Positions 31,066-40,749 are shown, numbered from the stretch's first letter. The stretch is 64,000 nt of DNA from Gammaproteobacteria bacterium (GCA_021325575.1 JAJPGW010000004.1:42633-106632), one strand, 5' to 3'. Notes: generated by a model not told the origin, from the sequence alone. Translations and numbers: made by a program.

Positions 31066-31785
31066 TTATTCCAATCCGGCTATTTCCTCTTGAGTCAGAT
31101 CCGTCCATTTTCCACGTCGCAACAGTCGCGGCAATAAAATTGAACCAAATCGAATCCGAATCAAACGACTGACTTTGACGCCTTGGGATTCCCAAAGCCT
31201 TCGCACTAAACGATTGCGGCCTTCTTTGACCATGACATGGTACCAATGATTGGTACCTTCACCGCCTTCATCCGAAATTTTTTCAAAATGTGCCATGCCA
31301 TCTTCTAACTTCACGCCTTTTTTTAAATTTTTTATCATCTCAGGTGAAACTTGTCCCTGCACACGCACGGCGTATTCGCGTTCGATTTCTGAAGAAGGGT
31401 GCATCAAACGATTTGCGAGTTCTCCGTCATTTGTTAATAACAAAACGCCAGAGGTATTAAAATCCAGACGCCCTATCGAAATCCAGCGACCATTTCGAAG
31501 CATCGGTAAATGATCAAAAACCGTAGGACGTCCTTCAGGATCTGAGCGCGTGCAAATTTCGCCTTCCGGTTTATGGTAGAGCAAAACGCGAGTTTTTTTA
31601 GCGGCACTTTTGACAAGATTGACTTCACGGCCATCGACGCGCACTTTATCATCAAGCGTCATGCGATCGCCTAATTTAGCGATTTGGCCATTCACCGAAA
31701 CTCGGTTTTCACTGATCCATTTTTCAATTTGACGGCGCGAACCAAGGCCGGCATTGGCCAGGATTTTTTGAATTTTTTCACTCAT
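31066..31785 (-). CDS. rluB: 23S rRNA pseudouridine synthase RluB
   Basis: S4 domain (KILANAGLGSRRQIE.WI...RV.VNG) plus RsuA/RluB catalytic GRLD.NTSG.LLLTNDGEL. Confidence 0.85.
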   Translation of the reverse strand: MSEKIQKILANAGLGSRRQIEKWISENRVSVNGQIAKLGDRMTLDDKVRVDGREVNLVKSAAKKTRVLLYHKPEGEICTRSDPEGRPTVFDHLPMLRNGRWISIGRLDFNTSGVLLLTNDGELANRLMHPSSEIEREYAVRVQGQVSPEMIKNLKKGVKLEDGMAHFEKISDEGGEGTNHWYHVMVKEGRNRLVRRLWESQGVKVSRLIRIRFGSILLPRLLRRGKWTDLTQEEIAGLE

Positions 31786-32437
31786 TGGGAAGTTCGGTTT
31801 CCTCGGAACTTTCTTGATCGGCAGGTTCTGCGGATAATTCTTCTGTTGCAGCTTCGGGATCAGGCAATTCCAATTGCACTTGAAGTTTGGCTTCTTGCTG
31901 TTCGAGGTCTTTTAATTCAGCCAAGGTTGGCAGTTCGTCCAGGCTTTTTAAATTAAAATGATCGAGGAATTCTTTGGTGGTGCCATATAACGCGGGTTTG
32001 CCAATGACTTCTTTATAGCCAATGACGCGCACCCACTCGCGTTCGAGCAAGGTTTTAATGATATGCGAACTCACAGTAACCCCACGAATATCTTCAATCT
32101 CAGCGCGTGTAATGGGTTGGCGATAAGCAATCAGGGAAAGCGTTTCCAATAATGCGCGTGAATAACGGGGCGGACGTTCTTCCCAGAGTTTGGTGAGCCA
32201 AGGGCTTAAAGAAGTTTTTGCTTGGAATTGAAAACCACTGGCCACTTCATGCAATTCAATACCACTGTCGGTATAGCGCTCTTTTAACGCTTTGATAGCG
32301 TTGCGGATTTCGTCCGTACCCGGTTGATCATTTTCATCAAATAACCGTTGAATATGCGCAATGGGCAAAGGACGGCCAGCGACCATCAGGGCGGCTTCTA
32401 TGATTTTTTGTAACGCTTCGGGATTCATATTTGACAT
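31778..32437 (-). CDS. scpB: segregation and condensation protein B
   Basis: IIEAAL.VAGRPL, LSLIAYRQPITRAEIE.IRGV, and an acidic tail. Overlaps the rluB start. Confidence 0.85.
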   Translation of the reverse strand: MSNMNPEALQKIIEAALMVAGRPLPIAHIQRLFDENDQPGTDEIRNAIKALKERYTDSGIELHEVASGFQFQAKTSLSPWLTKLWEERPPRYSRALLETLSLIAYRQPITRAEIEDIRGVTVSSHIIKTLLEREWVRVIGYKEVIGKPALYGTTKEFLDHFNLKSLDELPTLAELKDLEQQEAKLQVQLELPDPEAATEELSAEPADQESSEETELPNE

Positions 32438-32449
32438 GGGGCTATCCTA

Positions 32450-33256
32450 TCAGATATTCGCAACCGCCTTCAAATGAATTGGGCCAAAAAGGGTAGTTTG
32501 GACGAATTCAATTAAGTGATCTTTTAATAATTCAAGCATCGCTAAAAAGGTCACGACCACACCACGGCGCCCTTCGTTTAACGTGAAAAGGCTGTAAAAT
32601 TCAACGAATTCTTTTTGTTGAGTGGCGTTTAAAATGACGGACATGCGCTCGCGAACAGACAGGGGTTCAAAATGGATTTGATGGCTTGCATTCAATTCCG
32701 CGCGCTTTAAGACATCCGCAAAAGCTAATAATAATTCTTGTAAAGTGACATTGGGTTGGGGTTTTTCGAAAGCGGGTGCTTCGAAAATAGCGCTGGCTGC
32801 AAAGGTATCGCGTCCATGGCGGGGCAGTTGGTCCATGTCTTCGGCCGCTTTTTTAATGCGTTCGTATTCTTGCAATCTTCGGACTAATTCGGCGCGGGGG
32901 TCTTCTTCGATGCCTTCGGCATTTTCAGAGCGGGGCAATAACATTCTGGACTTAATTTCGGCCAATAAAGCGGCCATGACCAGGTATTCAGCCGCCAGTT
33001 CCAGCGACATTTCTTTCATTAATTCAACATATTCCATGTATTGGCGAGTGACCTCGGCAATGGGAATATCCAGAATATTCAGGTTTTGTTTTTTAATGAG
33101 ATACAGCAATAAATCCAGCGGCCCTTCGAAGGCTTCCAGAAAGACTTCCATTGCATCCGGTGGAATATAGAGGTCTTTAGGCAGGGTGTTAAACGCCTGG
33201 CCTTGGACTTTGGCAATGGGTGCGGCTTGGGCTTGTGTTTCGGTCGTATTTTCCAT
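32450..33256 (-). CDS. scpA: segregation and condensation protein A
   Basis: FEGPLDLLLYLIKK..L.I.DIPIA..T.QY is the kleisin ScpA signature. Lies upstream of scpB. Confidence 0.85.
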   Translation of the reverse strand: MENTTETQAQAAPIAKVQGQAFNTLPKDLYIPPDAMEVFLEAFEGPLDLLLYLIKKQNLNILDIPIAEVTRQYMEYVELMKEMSLELAAEYLVMAALLAEIKSRMLLPRSENAEGIEEDPRAELVRRLQEYERIKKAAEDMDQLPRHGRDTFAASAIFEAPAFEKPQPNVTLQELLLAFADVLKRAELNASHQIHFEPLSVRERMSVILNATQQKEFVEFYSLFTLNEGRRGVVVTFLAMLELLKDHLIEFVQTTLFGPIHLKAVANI

Positions 33257-33286
33257 GGGGCTATTTTACCGGAATTCTTTCGGGAA

Positions 33287-34279
33287 ATGGAGGGATTTGT
33301 TAAAATACTCGGCCTATTTATAAGAGTGTACCCTTTGAGTTCTGATCAATTAGACAATGCTGTTGCCATTTTGAAACAGGGCGGATTGGTTGCGATCCCG
33401 ACCGAAACCGTTTACGGTTTGGGGGCGGATGCGACGAATCCGGCTGCGCTTCAGAAAATTTTTTCAGCTAAAAAAAGGCCTGAACATCATCCTTTGATTG
33501 TGCACCTTGGGGATATCGCTTGGTTGTCTCATTGGGCGAGGGATATTTCAGAGGATGCACTGAAATTGGCAGAGGCTTTTTGGCCGGGACCGCTCACGCT
33601 GATTTTAAAAAAAGCCCCGCACGTGTCAGATATCATTACGGGTGGTCAGGATACGATAGGGTTGCGGATTCCGGAGCATTTAATTGCTTTAGAATTATTA
33701 AAAAAATTCGGCAATGGGATTGCGGCACCTTCTGCGAATCGATTTGGAAGAATTAGTCCGACCACTGCGAATGCCGTTTATGAAGAATTAGGGGATGCAG
33801 TGGATTTGATTTTAGATGGCGGTCCCTGCAAAGTGGGTGTGGAGTCGACGATTGTCGATGTGAGTGGGGATGAACCCGTGATTTTGCGCCCTGGCATGAT
33901 TTCATCTGATCAAATTGAAAACGTGTTACAAAAAAAATTATCTACCCCTAAAAAAAATGCACCGCGAGTTTCAGGTTCTCTGGATTCGCATTATGCGCCA
34001 GAGACCAAAGTGATCTTAATGGAACAAGCAGAAATTTTTTCATTTGCTGAAGGAAAAAATTCAGTGGCGGTTTTGACGCGCACACCGGAAATGTTTAATG
34101 ACAACTATTGTGTTACAAGCATGCCAGAAAAGGCAGAACAATATGCGCAGAATCTTTATCAAGCACTGCGAGAGTTAGATAAGAAAAAATTTAGCTGTAT
34201 CCTAGTTGAAAATGTACCGGATCAATCGGAATGGCAAGCGATTAGAGATCGGTTGAAAAGAGCATCCAATCAAGCCTGA
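33287..34279 (+). CDS. L-threonylcarbamoyladenylate synthase (Sua5/YwlC type with Sua5 C-terminal domain)
   Basis: GGLVAIPTETVYGLGADA, HPLIVH, WPGPLTLIL, APSANRFG..SPT. The start is uncertain: ATG 33287, GTG 33326 or TTG 33335. The ORF-track start at 33203 overlaps scpA. Confidence 0.85.
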   Translation: MEGFVKILGLFIRVYPLSSDQLDNAVAILKQGGLVAIPTETVYGLGADATNPAALQKIFSAKKRPEHHPLIVHLGDIAWLSHWARDISEDALKLAEAFWPGPLTLILKKAPHVSDIITGGQDTIGLRIPEHLIALELLKKFGNGIAAPSANRFGRISPTTANAVYEELGDAVDLILDGGPCKVGVESTIVDVSGDEPVILRPGMISSDQIENVLQKKLSTPKKNAPRVSGSLDSHYAPETKVILMEQAEIFSFAEGKNSVAVLTRTPEMFNDNYCVTSMPEKAEQYAQNLYQALRELDKKKFSCILVENVPDQSEWQAIRDRLKRASNQA

Positions 34280-34331
34280 TTGATTAGGTTGCGCTTTTAA
34301 TTAATCTTAACCCTTTTCAGATGCGATTAAA

Positions 34332-34862
34332 ATGAAAGAAAATACGATTGAAATTAATATTGAAACGTTAGTGTTAGTTGCTATTTGGGAAAAACCTTTT
34401 ATATTCCAAGGTAGTTTTACCATAACAAATAAAAGTGATTATTCAAAAAAAGTATTAATTTTTCGATGTGAATGTGATTTAGAAGATAAGACGGATATCT
34501 TAAATACGGATTTTTCAACTACCCATTATCGATTCACGCACTTATACACTATTCAATCTGAAATTTCATTGACCTCTATCAATTACGAGAAGGAACTCGC
34601 ATTGTATTTATTAAAATATGCGCTGAATGAAACATTAAAAAAAATAATCACTCATCCCAAGCAACACGCAATCCATATGGATGACATCGCATTAGCTTCG
34701 ATATCTCGACAAATGGAGAATTATTTATTTTATCGTCAAGAAAAAAATTTAGGGGATGCTGACATAGGCTTTGCTGTAGCGATAGACTTCACACCCGCAG
34801 AAGAATTAGGACGAACAGGCGCTTTTACTTTATTAGAATTAGCTTCTGTATGTTTTCAATAA
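34332..34862 (+). CDS. orphan hypothetical protein
   Basis: 176-aa ORF. No recognisable family. Confidence 0.35.
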   Translation: MKENTIEINIETLVLVAIWEKPFIFQGSFTITNKSDYSKKVLIFRCECDLEDKTDILNTDFSTTHYRFTHLYTIQSEISLTSINYEKELALYLLKYALNETLKKIITHPKQHAIHMDDIALASISRQMENYLFYRQEKNLGDADIGFAVAIDFTPAEELGRTGAFTLLELASVCFQ

Positions 34863-34945
34863 GCATTACCTAAGCAATCCTATGTATCTAAGATAATCGT
34901 CCCCATGAAATATACATGCTTTGTTTTTTTCCCAACTCAAAGCGG

Positions 34946-35162
34946 GAGGAGTTCGGTTTTGTTTTCGAAAGCGCTTACTCCAATTTTTCTTATGAACTCC
35001 AACGCAAAAAATCGGCTCGGAAAAATTGGCCAAGACCAACCTCAATTTTGGCGCTCAGAACAATATTAAAATCCTAAAAGCGCGATCCATGTTCGAAGCC
35101 AATGGTCGATAAGAAGAACTACCAACTCCAAAAGCGCTTTCGAAAACAAAACCGAACTCCTC
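34946..35162. repeat. 217-bp element bounded by 31-bp perfect inverted repeats
   Basis: 34946-34976 GAGGAGTTCGGTTTTGTTTTCGAAAGCGCTT is the exact reverse complement of 35132-35162. There is an inner CCAATTTTT/AAAAATTGG repeat. It lies directly 3' of icd. Confidence 0.85.
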
Positions 35163-35176
35163 ACGCCGGCCCCAGT

Positions 35177-36637
35177 CTATTGACCTTGTGCCAAGCTAAA
35201 CCCCGGCTTCCCATCAAATAAATACAAATTCTCAGTCTTGATAACATCAAAACCCGCCTCATCAAATTTTTGCAATAACTGAATGATATCGTGATGTGAA
35301 ATCACTTTCGCATTTTTAAGATCAGCCGATGATTGAAAACGGCAACTGCAATGATTTGCATAAGGTGCATCGATCATGCTGTTTGGCCAGATTTTTAAAC
35401 CGCGGCTCGTGATAACAATTAATTTCAAATCGGTTGCTAGCTTCGATAATTTTTCGCCTAATTCAAGCGGAGTTAATTTGGTATTTTCAATAAAAACATC
35501 AACGCCAACTAATTCTTTTTTTGCCGTAAATGATTTTGATTCGCCATAACATAAAATTTTGGGCCGAACATCGGTTTGATAAGAAACCGGTTTAAAGTGA
35601 TGCGGAATTTTTCCTAATCGTTCGATGACAGCATCAGCAAATTCGTCGGTATTTACTTTTCGTTTGCTATATTCTTTCGAATAAATATCTGCGGTATGAA
35701 TGCCATCTTCCAATGTCACCAACCAAGCATTTTCAATGATTGTTGCAGACGCAGGTTGATTGATGTGAATCAGCATTTGAATCGCACCGTTTAATAATCC
35801 AGAAGGGTTTGCGATTTTTTTTCCTGCGATATCGGGCGCTGATCCATGAATCGCTTCAAACATCGCCATGTGATTGCCGACGTTTGCAGATCCTGCCAAA
35901 CCAACGGATCCTGCAACCTGCGCTGCAACATCCGATAAAATATCACCGTATAAATTGGAGGTGACGATCACATCAAAACGTTCGGGTTGTGCTGCAACGA
36001 GTGCGGTACCAATATCAATAATAAAATGTTCGTTCTGAATGTCAGGATATTCTTTCGCAATTTCATTAAAAACTTGGTGAAAAATCCCGTCCGTCATTTT
36101 CATGATGTTATCTTTCGTGAGACAGGTCACTTTTTTGCGATTGAATTTGCGGGCATATTCGAATGCGTAATGAATAATGCGTTCGCAACCGCCGCGCGTC
36201 ACGATTTTCAAGCATTGATAAACATCTTCGGTTTGACGATGTTCGATGCCGGCATACGTTCCTTCTTCGTTTTCACGAATAATCACTAGATTCATGTCGG
36301 GATGTTTGGTTGGAACATAAGGTGCATAGGCTGTGCAAGGACGCACATTGGCATATAACCCAAGCGTTTTCCGCAATGTCACATTTAAACTTTTGTAACC
36401 ACCGCCTTGCGGTGTCGTGATCGGGCCTTTTAATAAAACTTTTGTGCGTTTTAAAGAAGCCCACGCTTCATCAGAAATCCCAGACGAAAATCCCTGCAAA
36501 TAAACTTTTTCGCCAACTTCAATGATTTCAGGATCAATCGGTGCATCGGCTGCATTTAAAATTTTTAAAGTCGCGGCGGTGATTTCAGGACCGATTCCAT
36601 CGCCGTAGGCAACCGTAATGGGAGTTTTGACTGGCAT
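35177..36637 (-). CDS. icd: isocitrate dehydrogenase (IDH/IPMDH family, long ~480-aa form)
   Basis: I.V.YGDGIGPEI, LKGP..TP.GGG..S.NV.LR..L.LYANVRP, NLYGDILSD, plus a ~140-aa C-terminal extension. Confidence 0.8.
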   Translation of the reverse strand: MPVKTPITVAYGDGIGPEITAATLKILNAADAPIDPEIIEVGEKVYLQGFSSGISDEAWASLKRTKVLLKGPITTPQGGGYKSLNVTLRKTLGLYANVRPCTAYAPYVPTKHPDMNLVIIRENEEGTYAGIEHRQTEDVYQCLKIVTRGGCERIIHYAFEYARKFNRKKVTCLTKDNIMKMTDGIFHQVFNEIAKEYPDIQNEHFIIDIGTALVAAQPERFDVIVTSNLYGDILSDVAAQVAGSVGLAGSANVGNHMAMFEAIHGSAPDIAGKKIANPSGLLNGAIQMLIHINQPASATIIENAWLVTLEDGIHTADIYSKEYSKRKVNTDEFADAVIERLGKIPHHFKPVSYQTDVRPKILCYGESKSFTAKKELVGVDVFIENTKLTPLELGEKLSKLATDLKLIVITSRGLKIWPNSMIDAPYANHCSCRFQSSADLKNAKVISHHDIIQLLQKFDEAGFDVIKTENLYLFDGKPGFSLAQGQ

Positions 36638-36649
36638 GATTTTTTCCTC

Positions 36650-38014
36650 TTAGTGCGCATGTTCAAGTTGATCTTTTGGAATGATAAGCGCGAGAATTTT
36701 TTCCATGCGCATGGAGCGTGATCCTTTAACAAGAATAGTAACATCTTTTTTAATATGCGGCTGCAGCGCGGTGATTAACTGATCGCGATCAGAAAAATGC
36801 GCAGCATTTTTGCCAAATGCCTTACTGGTTTCTGCAGACAATTCGCCGAATGTAAAAAGATAATCAATGCCGGCAGCACGAATTTTTTCGCCGCATTCTT
36901 TGTGCAATGCTTTGGTGTTTTCGCCGAGCTCTTTCATATCGCCAAGCACAATCACTTTTTCACCTGGAAATTTGGCGAGTGTATTCACCGCAGCTTGCAA
37001 TGAAAAGGGATTCGCATTGTAAGTATCATCAATGATGCGCGCGCCATTTTTTAAAAAATATTGCTCCATGCGGCTGTGGGCAGGTCGGACTGATTCCAAC
37101 CCTTTTTTAATGAATTGAAGGTCAATGCCGAGCGCCAGTGTCGAGGCTGTTGCCGCTAATGCATTCATGACATTGTGTATGCCTAGTAAAGGAAGAGTAA
37201 CAGTGATATCGCCTTTAGGTGTGCGAATCAACGTAGCTGTTTCAGAAAAAGTAGCGGAGACATCCGCTGGATTTTTTAACCCAAAGGTTAAAAATGTGTG
37301 ATCGCTCACCAAATCATGCCAGTAATCAAAATATTGATCATCCCGATTTAAAATCGCAATGCCATCGCGAGGTAATCCCGAAAAAATTTCGCCTTTGGCG
37401 CGCGCAACACCTGCCACATCTTTTACGCCCTCGAGATGCGATTCAGCAGCGTTATTGATAACAGCCACTTGGGGACGTGTGAGTGCTGTTAAATATTCAA
37501 TTTCACCAAAATGGTTCATGCCCATTTCAAGCACGGCGTATTGGTGGTTTTTATCAAACCGTGACAACATCATGGGTAAACCAATGTTGTTATTTAAATT
37601 GCCTTCGGTCGCAAGCACTTTCGTCGCATCATCGTGACATGCGGCTTTCAGAATTGATGCGATCATATTTTTTAAAGTGGTTTTTCCATTGCTGCCGGTG
37701 ACGCCAATAATCGGCAGCGAAAATTGCGCGCGCCACTTTTCTGCAATTTTTCCGAAGGAGAGCAGGGTATCATCCACTTTGATTTGCGGGATCTCCAACG
37801 AAACCGGTCGATCGACTAAGACCGCGCTCGCGCCTTTTTTCATGGCTTGTTCTAAAAAATCGTGTCCATCAAATTGTTCACCGCGAATTGCGACAAATAA
37901 ATTGTCTTTTTGCAGGGTGCGGGTATCGGTGCTGATGCCCTGAATGGTTAAATCCTTTGCGGGAGCTTGGCTTCCAGTAATTTTGGCAACTTCAGATAAC
38001 AACATTTTAATCAT
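36650..38014 (-). CDS. murF: UDP-N-acetylmuramoyl-tripeptide--D-alanyl-D-alanine ligase
   Basis: TDTR.L....LFVA.RGE.FDGHDF, P-loop GVTGSNGKTT, DDTYNANP. ATG at 38014. Confidence 0.85.
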   Translation of the reverse strand: MIKMLLSEVAKITGSQAPAKDLTIQGISTDTRTLQKDNLFVAIRGEQFDGHDFLEQAMKKGASAVLVDRPVSLEIPQIKVDDTLLSFGKIAEKWRAQFSLPIIGVTGSNGKTTLKNMIASILKAACHDDATKVLATEGNLNNNIGLPMMLSRFDKNHQYAVLEMGMNHFGEIEYLTALTRPQVAVINNAAESHLEGVKDVAGVARAKGEIFSGLPRDGIAILNRDDQYFDYWHDLVSDHTFLTFGLKNPADVSATFSETATLIRTPKGDITVTLPLLGIHNVMNALAATASTLALGIDLQFIKKGLESVRPAHSRMEQYFLKNGARIIDDTYNANPFSLQAAVNTLAKFPGEKVIVLGDMKELGENTKALHKECGEKIRAAGIDYLFTFGELSAETSKAFGKNAAHFSDRDQLITALQPHIKKDVTILVKGSRSMRMEKILALIIPKDQLEHAH

Positions 38015-38183
38015 GGTTCTTCTTATCCCTGTTAATAAAAGTTGGCTGTTATGGTACCCGATTTTCCACAATTTATCTATTTTTTGTACACGAAATCACC
38101 TGATCATTAATAATTCATTAATGTTTAATTCGTTACCATGGAAGTGTTCCATTCATCCTTACACATAACATGAGGGAGGTTAT

Positions 38184-38570
38184 ATGGGCAAAACAAGAAG
38201 ATTGAGAAATGCTACTGAAGAAGGTGTGAAATCGGCATCGGCGGGTTATACGTTTATGGACTTATTGAGTTCAATTGTCGATATGCCGCGTTTTGCGAAA
38301 TGGATTGTGGCGGGGTTTTGCGGACTGGTTGGGTGTTGTTGTGGTTATAATGAAGATCCAGAAGAAAGAAAGCCAATGAATCCTCGAGCGCGTGAACTGG
38401 AAATGAAACCGCAAAAATTAAGCTATTCTTCCACCTCGTTTAACTTGTTTACAGGCGATCGAAAGGAAACGGCAAAATATTTTATGGTATTAGATGATGT
38501 TGTCGATGAGGTTCTCGCACAGGAAAAAAGGAAAAGTCCGGACAAGTCTCTGGATAGTTTTAGATTGTAA
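38184..38570 (+). CDS. orphan small protein with Cys cluster
   Basis: 128 aa. Good GGGAGG Shine-Dalgarno before the ATG. A hydrophobic patch ends in GLVGCCCGY. Confidence 0.45.
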   Translation: MGKTRRLRNATEEGVKSASAGYTFMDLLSSIVDMPRFAKWIVAGFCGLVGCCCGYNEDPEERKPMNPRARELEMKPQKLSYSSTSFNLFTGDRKETAKYFMVLDDVVDEVLAQEKRKSPDKSLDSFRL

Positions 38571-38627
38571 GAACTTAGGTTAAATGGGATAATCGCGGTT
38601 TTATGCTAATGCAGAAAAATCGCGATT

Positions 38628-40034
38628 ATGTATCCCGTTTCTCAGGAAATTTTTTATCAAGATCCTCGGGCAATTTTTGGTGCATTTGCTCACAGAAAAG
38701 GATCGATTTTATTGGACAGTTCTCATCAAATGAGCGGCTGTGGGCGTTATACGTTTATCGCGCTCGACCCCTTTCAGGTTCTCACTAGCAAACATCATGA
38801 AGTGTTTTTAAATGATAAAAAAATTTCGGGCGATCCTTTTCAGGTGTTGCGGGAACAATTAGCGCTTTATCCGCTTAAACTGCTTGATGCGATGCCGCCA
38901 TTTCAGGGTGGGGCTGCAGGATTTTTTTCGTATGATTTGTATGAACATCTGGAACCGATTTCATCGTCACAACAAGATGTGATGCAATTTCCCGATATGG
39001 CGATTGGTTTTTATGATGTGGTGATTGGGTTTGATTTGGTCGAGCATCGCGCTTGGATTTTTTCCAGTGGCTATCCTGAGTTGGATGAAGCGAAACGAAC
39101 AAAAAGAGCATGGGAACGGGTGCGTGAATGGGAATTATCATGCTGGAAGGCATCGCGTGCTGCAGCAAAACAAGAAAAAACAAAATCCACTCAATCGACG
39201 ATGTCGATTGCCTCGAATTTTACGAAAGACGAATATTGTCAGGCGGTCAGTCGCGTGAAAAATTACATACGCGCGGGTGATATTTTTGAAGCGAATATTT
39301 CGCAATGTTTTTCCGCAAAATTTTCTGAGATTCATAATGCGTTTGATCTTTATCTCGCATTACAAAAAATCAATCCAGCGCCTTTTTCAGCCTTTTTATA
39401 TTTTGATGAGACGGCATTAGTGTCAGCTTCACCAGAACGTTTTTTAAAAATATCAGGACGCAAAGTGGAAGCGCGTCCGATTAAAGGTACGCGTCCACGG
39501 GGAAAAACCACTGAGGATGATCAGCGGTTGCAAAACGAATTATTACAGAGTGAAAAAGATCACGCGGAAAATGTCATGATTGTTGATTTGCTGCGAAATG
39601 ATTTATCGCGCGTCTGTGAACCGCATTCGGTAGAAGTGCCGCAGCTTTGTGGTCTTGAGACTTATGCATCAGTGCATCATTTGGTTTCAGTTATCACTGG
39701 AAAATTACAAAAAGATGTTCAGGCGATTGATTTGCTTTCAGCAACTTTTCCAGGAGGGTCTATTACAGGCGCGCCAAAAATTCGCGCCATGGAAATCATT
39801 GCTGAAATTGAACCCACTCGTCGCGGCCCTTATTGTGGCAGTATTGGTTATATTGGTTTTAATGGCGATATGGATTTGTCGATTACGATACGGACGTTTG
39901 CAATCAAAAATAATAAAGTGACTTTTCAAGCGGGTGGCGCAGTCGTATTGGATTCTAATCCAGAAGATGAATATGCAGAAACCCTCGCAAAAATTTCCAG
40001 TTTGCAGCGGGCCTTGCATGATTTTGTTAATTGA
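38628..40034 (+). CDS. pabB: aminodeoxychorismate synthase component I
   Basis: Chorismate-binding family: SPERFL, IKGT.PRG, E..KD.AEN.MIVDL.RNDL, FPGGSITGAPK.RAMEII. Confidence 0.85.
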   Translation: MYPVSQEIFYQDPRAIFGAFAHRKGSILLDSSHQMSGCGRYTFIALDPFQVLTSKHHEVFLNDKKISGDPFQVLREQLALYPLKLLDAMPPFQGGAAGFFSYDLYEHLEPISSSQQDVMQFPDMAIGFYDVVIGFDLVEHRAWIFSSGYPELDEAKRTKRAWERVREWELSCWKASRAAAKQEKTKSTQSTMSIASNFTKDEYCQAVSRVKNYIRAGDIFEANISQCFSAKFSEIHNAFDLYLALQKINPAPFSAFLYFDETALVSASPERFLKISGRKVEARPIKGTRPRGKTTEDDQRLQNELLQSEKDHAENVMIVDLLRNDLSRVCEPHSVEVPQLCGLETYASVHHLVSVITGKLQKDVQAIDLLSATFPGGSITGAPKIRAMEIIAEIEPTRRGPYCGSIGYIGFNGDMDLSITIRTFAIKNNKVTFQAGGAVVLDSNPEDEYAETLAKISSLQRALHDFVN

Positions 40035-40656
40035 TAATTTTGATTCGTTTGTTTATAACCTGTCGCGCTATGTTTGTGAGTTGGGATTTGAAACGCTTGT
40101 GAAGCGCAATAATGCAATTACTCTCGCGGAAATTGATGCGTTAAATCCTAGTCATATTATTATTTCACCGGGGCCTTGTACGCCGAATGAAGCAGGAATT
40201 TCGCTTGCTGTGATTCGAGAGTTTGGGGCTCGTATTCCAATTTTAGGTGTTTGTCTTGGCCATCAAGCCATTGGGCAAGCTTTTGGCGCGATCGTTACGC
40301 GTGCGAAAAATCCTATGCATGGGAAAGCTTCGCCGATTTTTCATTACGAGAAAAAATTATTTGCTGGGATTGAAAATCCGATGTTGGCTGCAAGGTATCA
40401 TTCGTTGATTGTCAGTGAAGAAAATTTTCCAGGAGAGCTGCAAATTACAGCGCGATGTGAGAAGGGGGAAGTTATGGCGCTGGCGCATCGAACCTTGCCG
40501 ATTTTTGGTGTGCAGTTTCATCCGGAGTCGGTGTTGACGAAGGATGGCTATCAGTTGTTAGAAAATTTTATCGAAGGAGCACTGACTCACCCAAAAGCAC
40601 CTCTCACCCGCAACGCAAAGAACGCGTTGCGACCTCTCCCACAAGGGGAGAGGTGA
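40018..40656 (+). CDS. pabA: aminodeoxychorismate/anthranilate synthase component II (glutamine amidotransferase)
   Basis: MILLIDNFDSFVYNL, PGPC.P, GVCLGHQAI, FGVQFHPES. ATG at 40018 overlaps the pabB end by 17 nt. The last ~20 codons are read from the palindromic element. Confidence 0.85.
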   Translation: MILLIDNFDSFVYNLSRYVCELGFETLVKRNNAITLAEIDALNPSHIIISPGPCTPNEAGISLAVIREFGARIPILGVCLGHQAIGQAFGAIVTRAKNPMHGKASPIFHYEKKLFAGIENPMLAARYHSLIVSEENFPGELQITARCEKGEVMALAHRTLPIFGVQFHPESVLTKDGYQLLENFIEGALTHPKAPLTRNAKNALRPLPQGER

Positions 40657-40749
40657 AACACACTTCGTTAAAAAGCCGCGGCTCACCTCTCCCCTTGTGG
40701 GAGAGGTCGACGCGCGAAGCGCGGCGGGTGAGGGGTGCTTTTGGGTGAG
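40586..40749. repeat. 164-bp compound palindromic element
   Basis: The outer 26-bp arms (40586-40611 / 40724-40749) differ at one position. The inner 26-mers GACCTCTCCCACAAGGGGAGAGGTGA (40631-40656) and its exact reverse complement (40683-40708) are each self-pairing. There are extra GCAACGC/GCGTTGC and CGCGC-GAA-GCGCG hairpins. Confidence 0.85.

Noticed and set aside
30881-31246. 121-aa ORF bridging the alpha/beta hydrolase start and the rluB end.
   Set aside because: It overlaps two well-supported genes and the spacer between them, and I recognise no similarity to anything.
33203-33286. Upstream extension of the Sua5 ORF.
   Set aside because: It overlaps the scpA start on the opposite strand, and the family's conserved N-terminus begins much later.
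38589-38629. 9-bp stem (ATAATCGCG / CGCGATTAT) whose right arm covers the pabB ATG.
   Set aside because: The stem is short and the loop is 23 nt. It could arise by chance and no known riboswitch architecture fits, so it was noted only.
40646-40660. GTGAAACA, which resembles a parS half-site, near parB.
   Set aside because: Only one half of the 16-bp palindrome is present, and it is part of the compound palindromic element.
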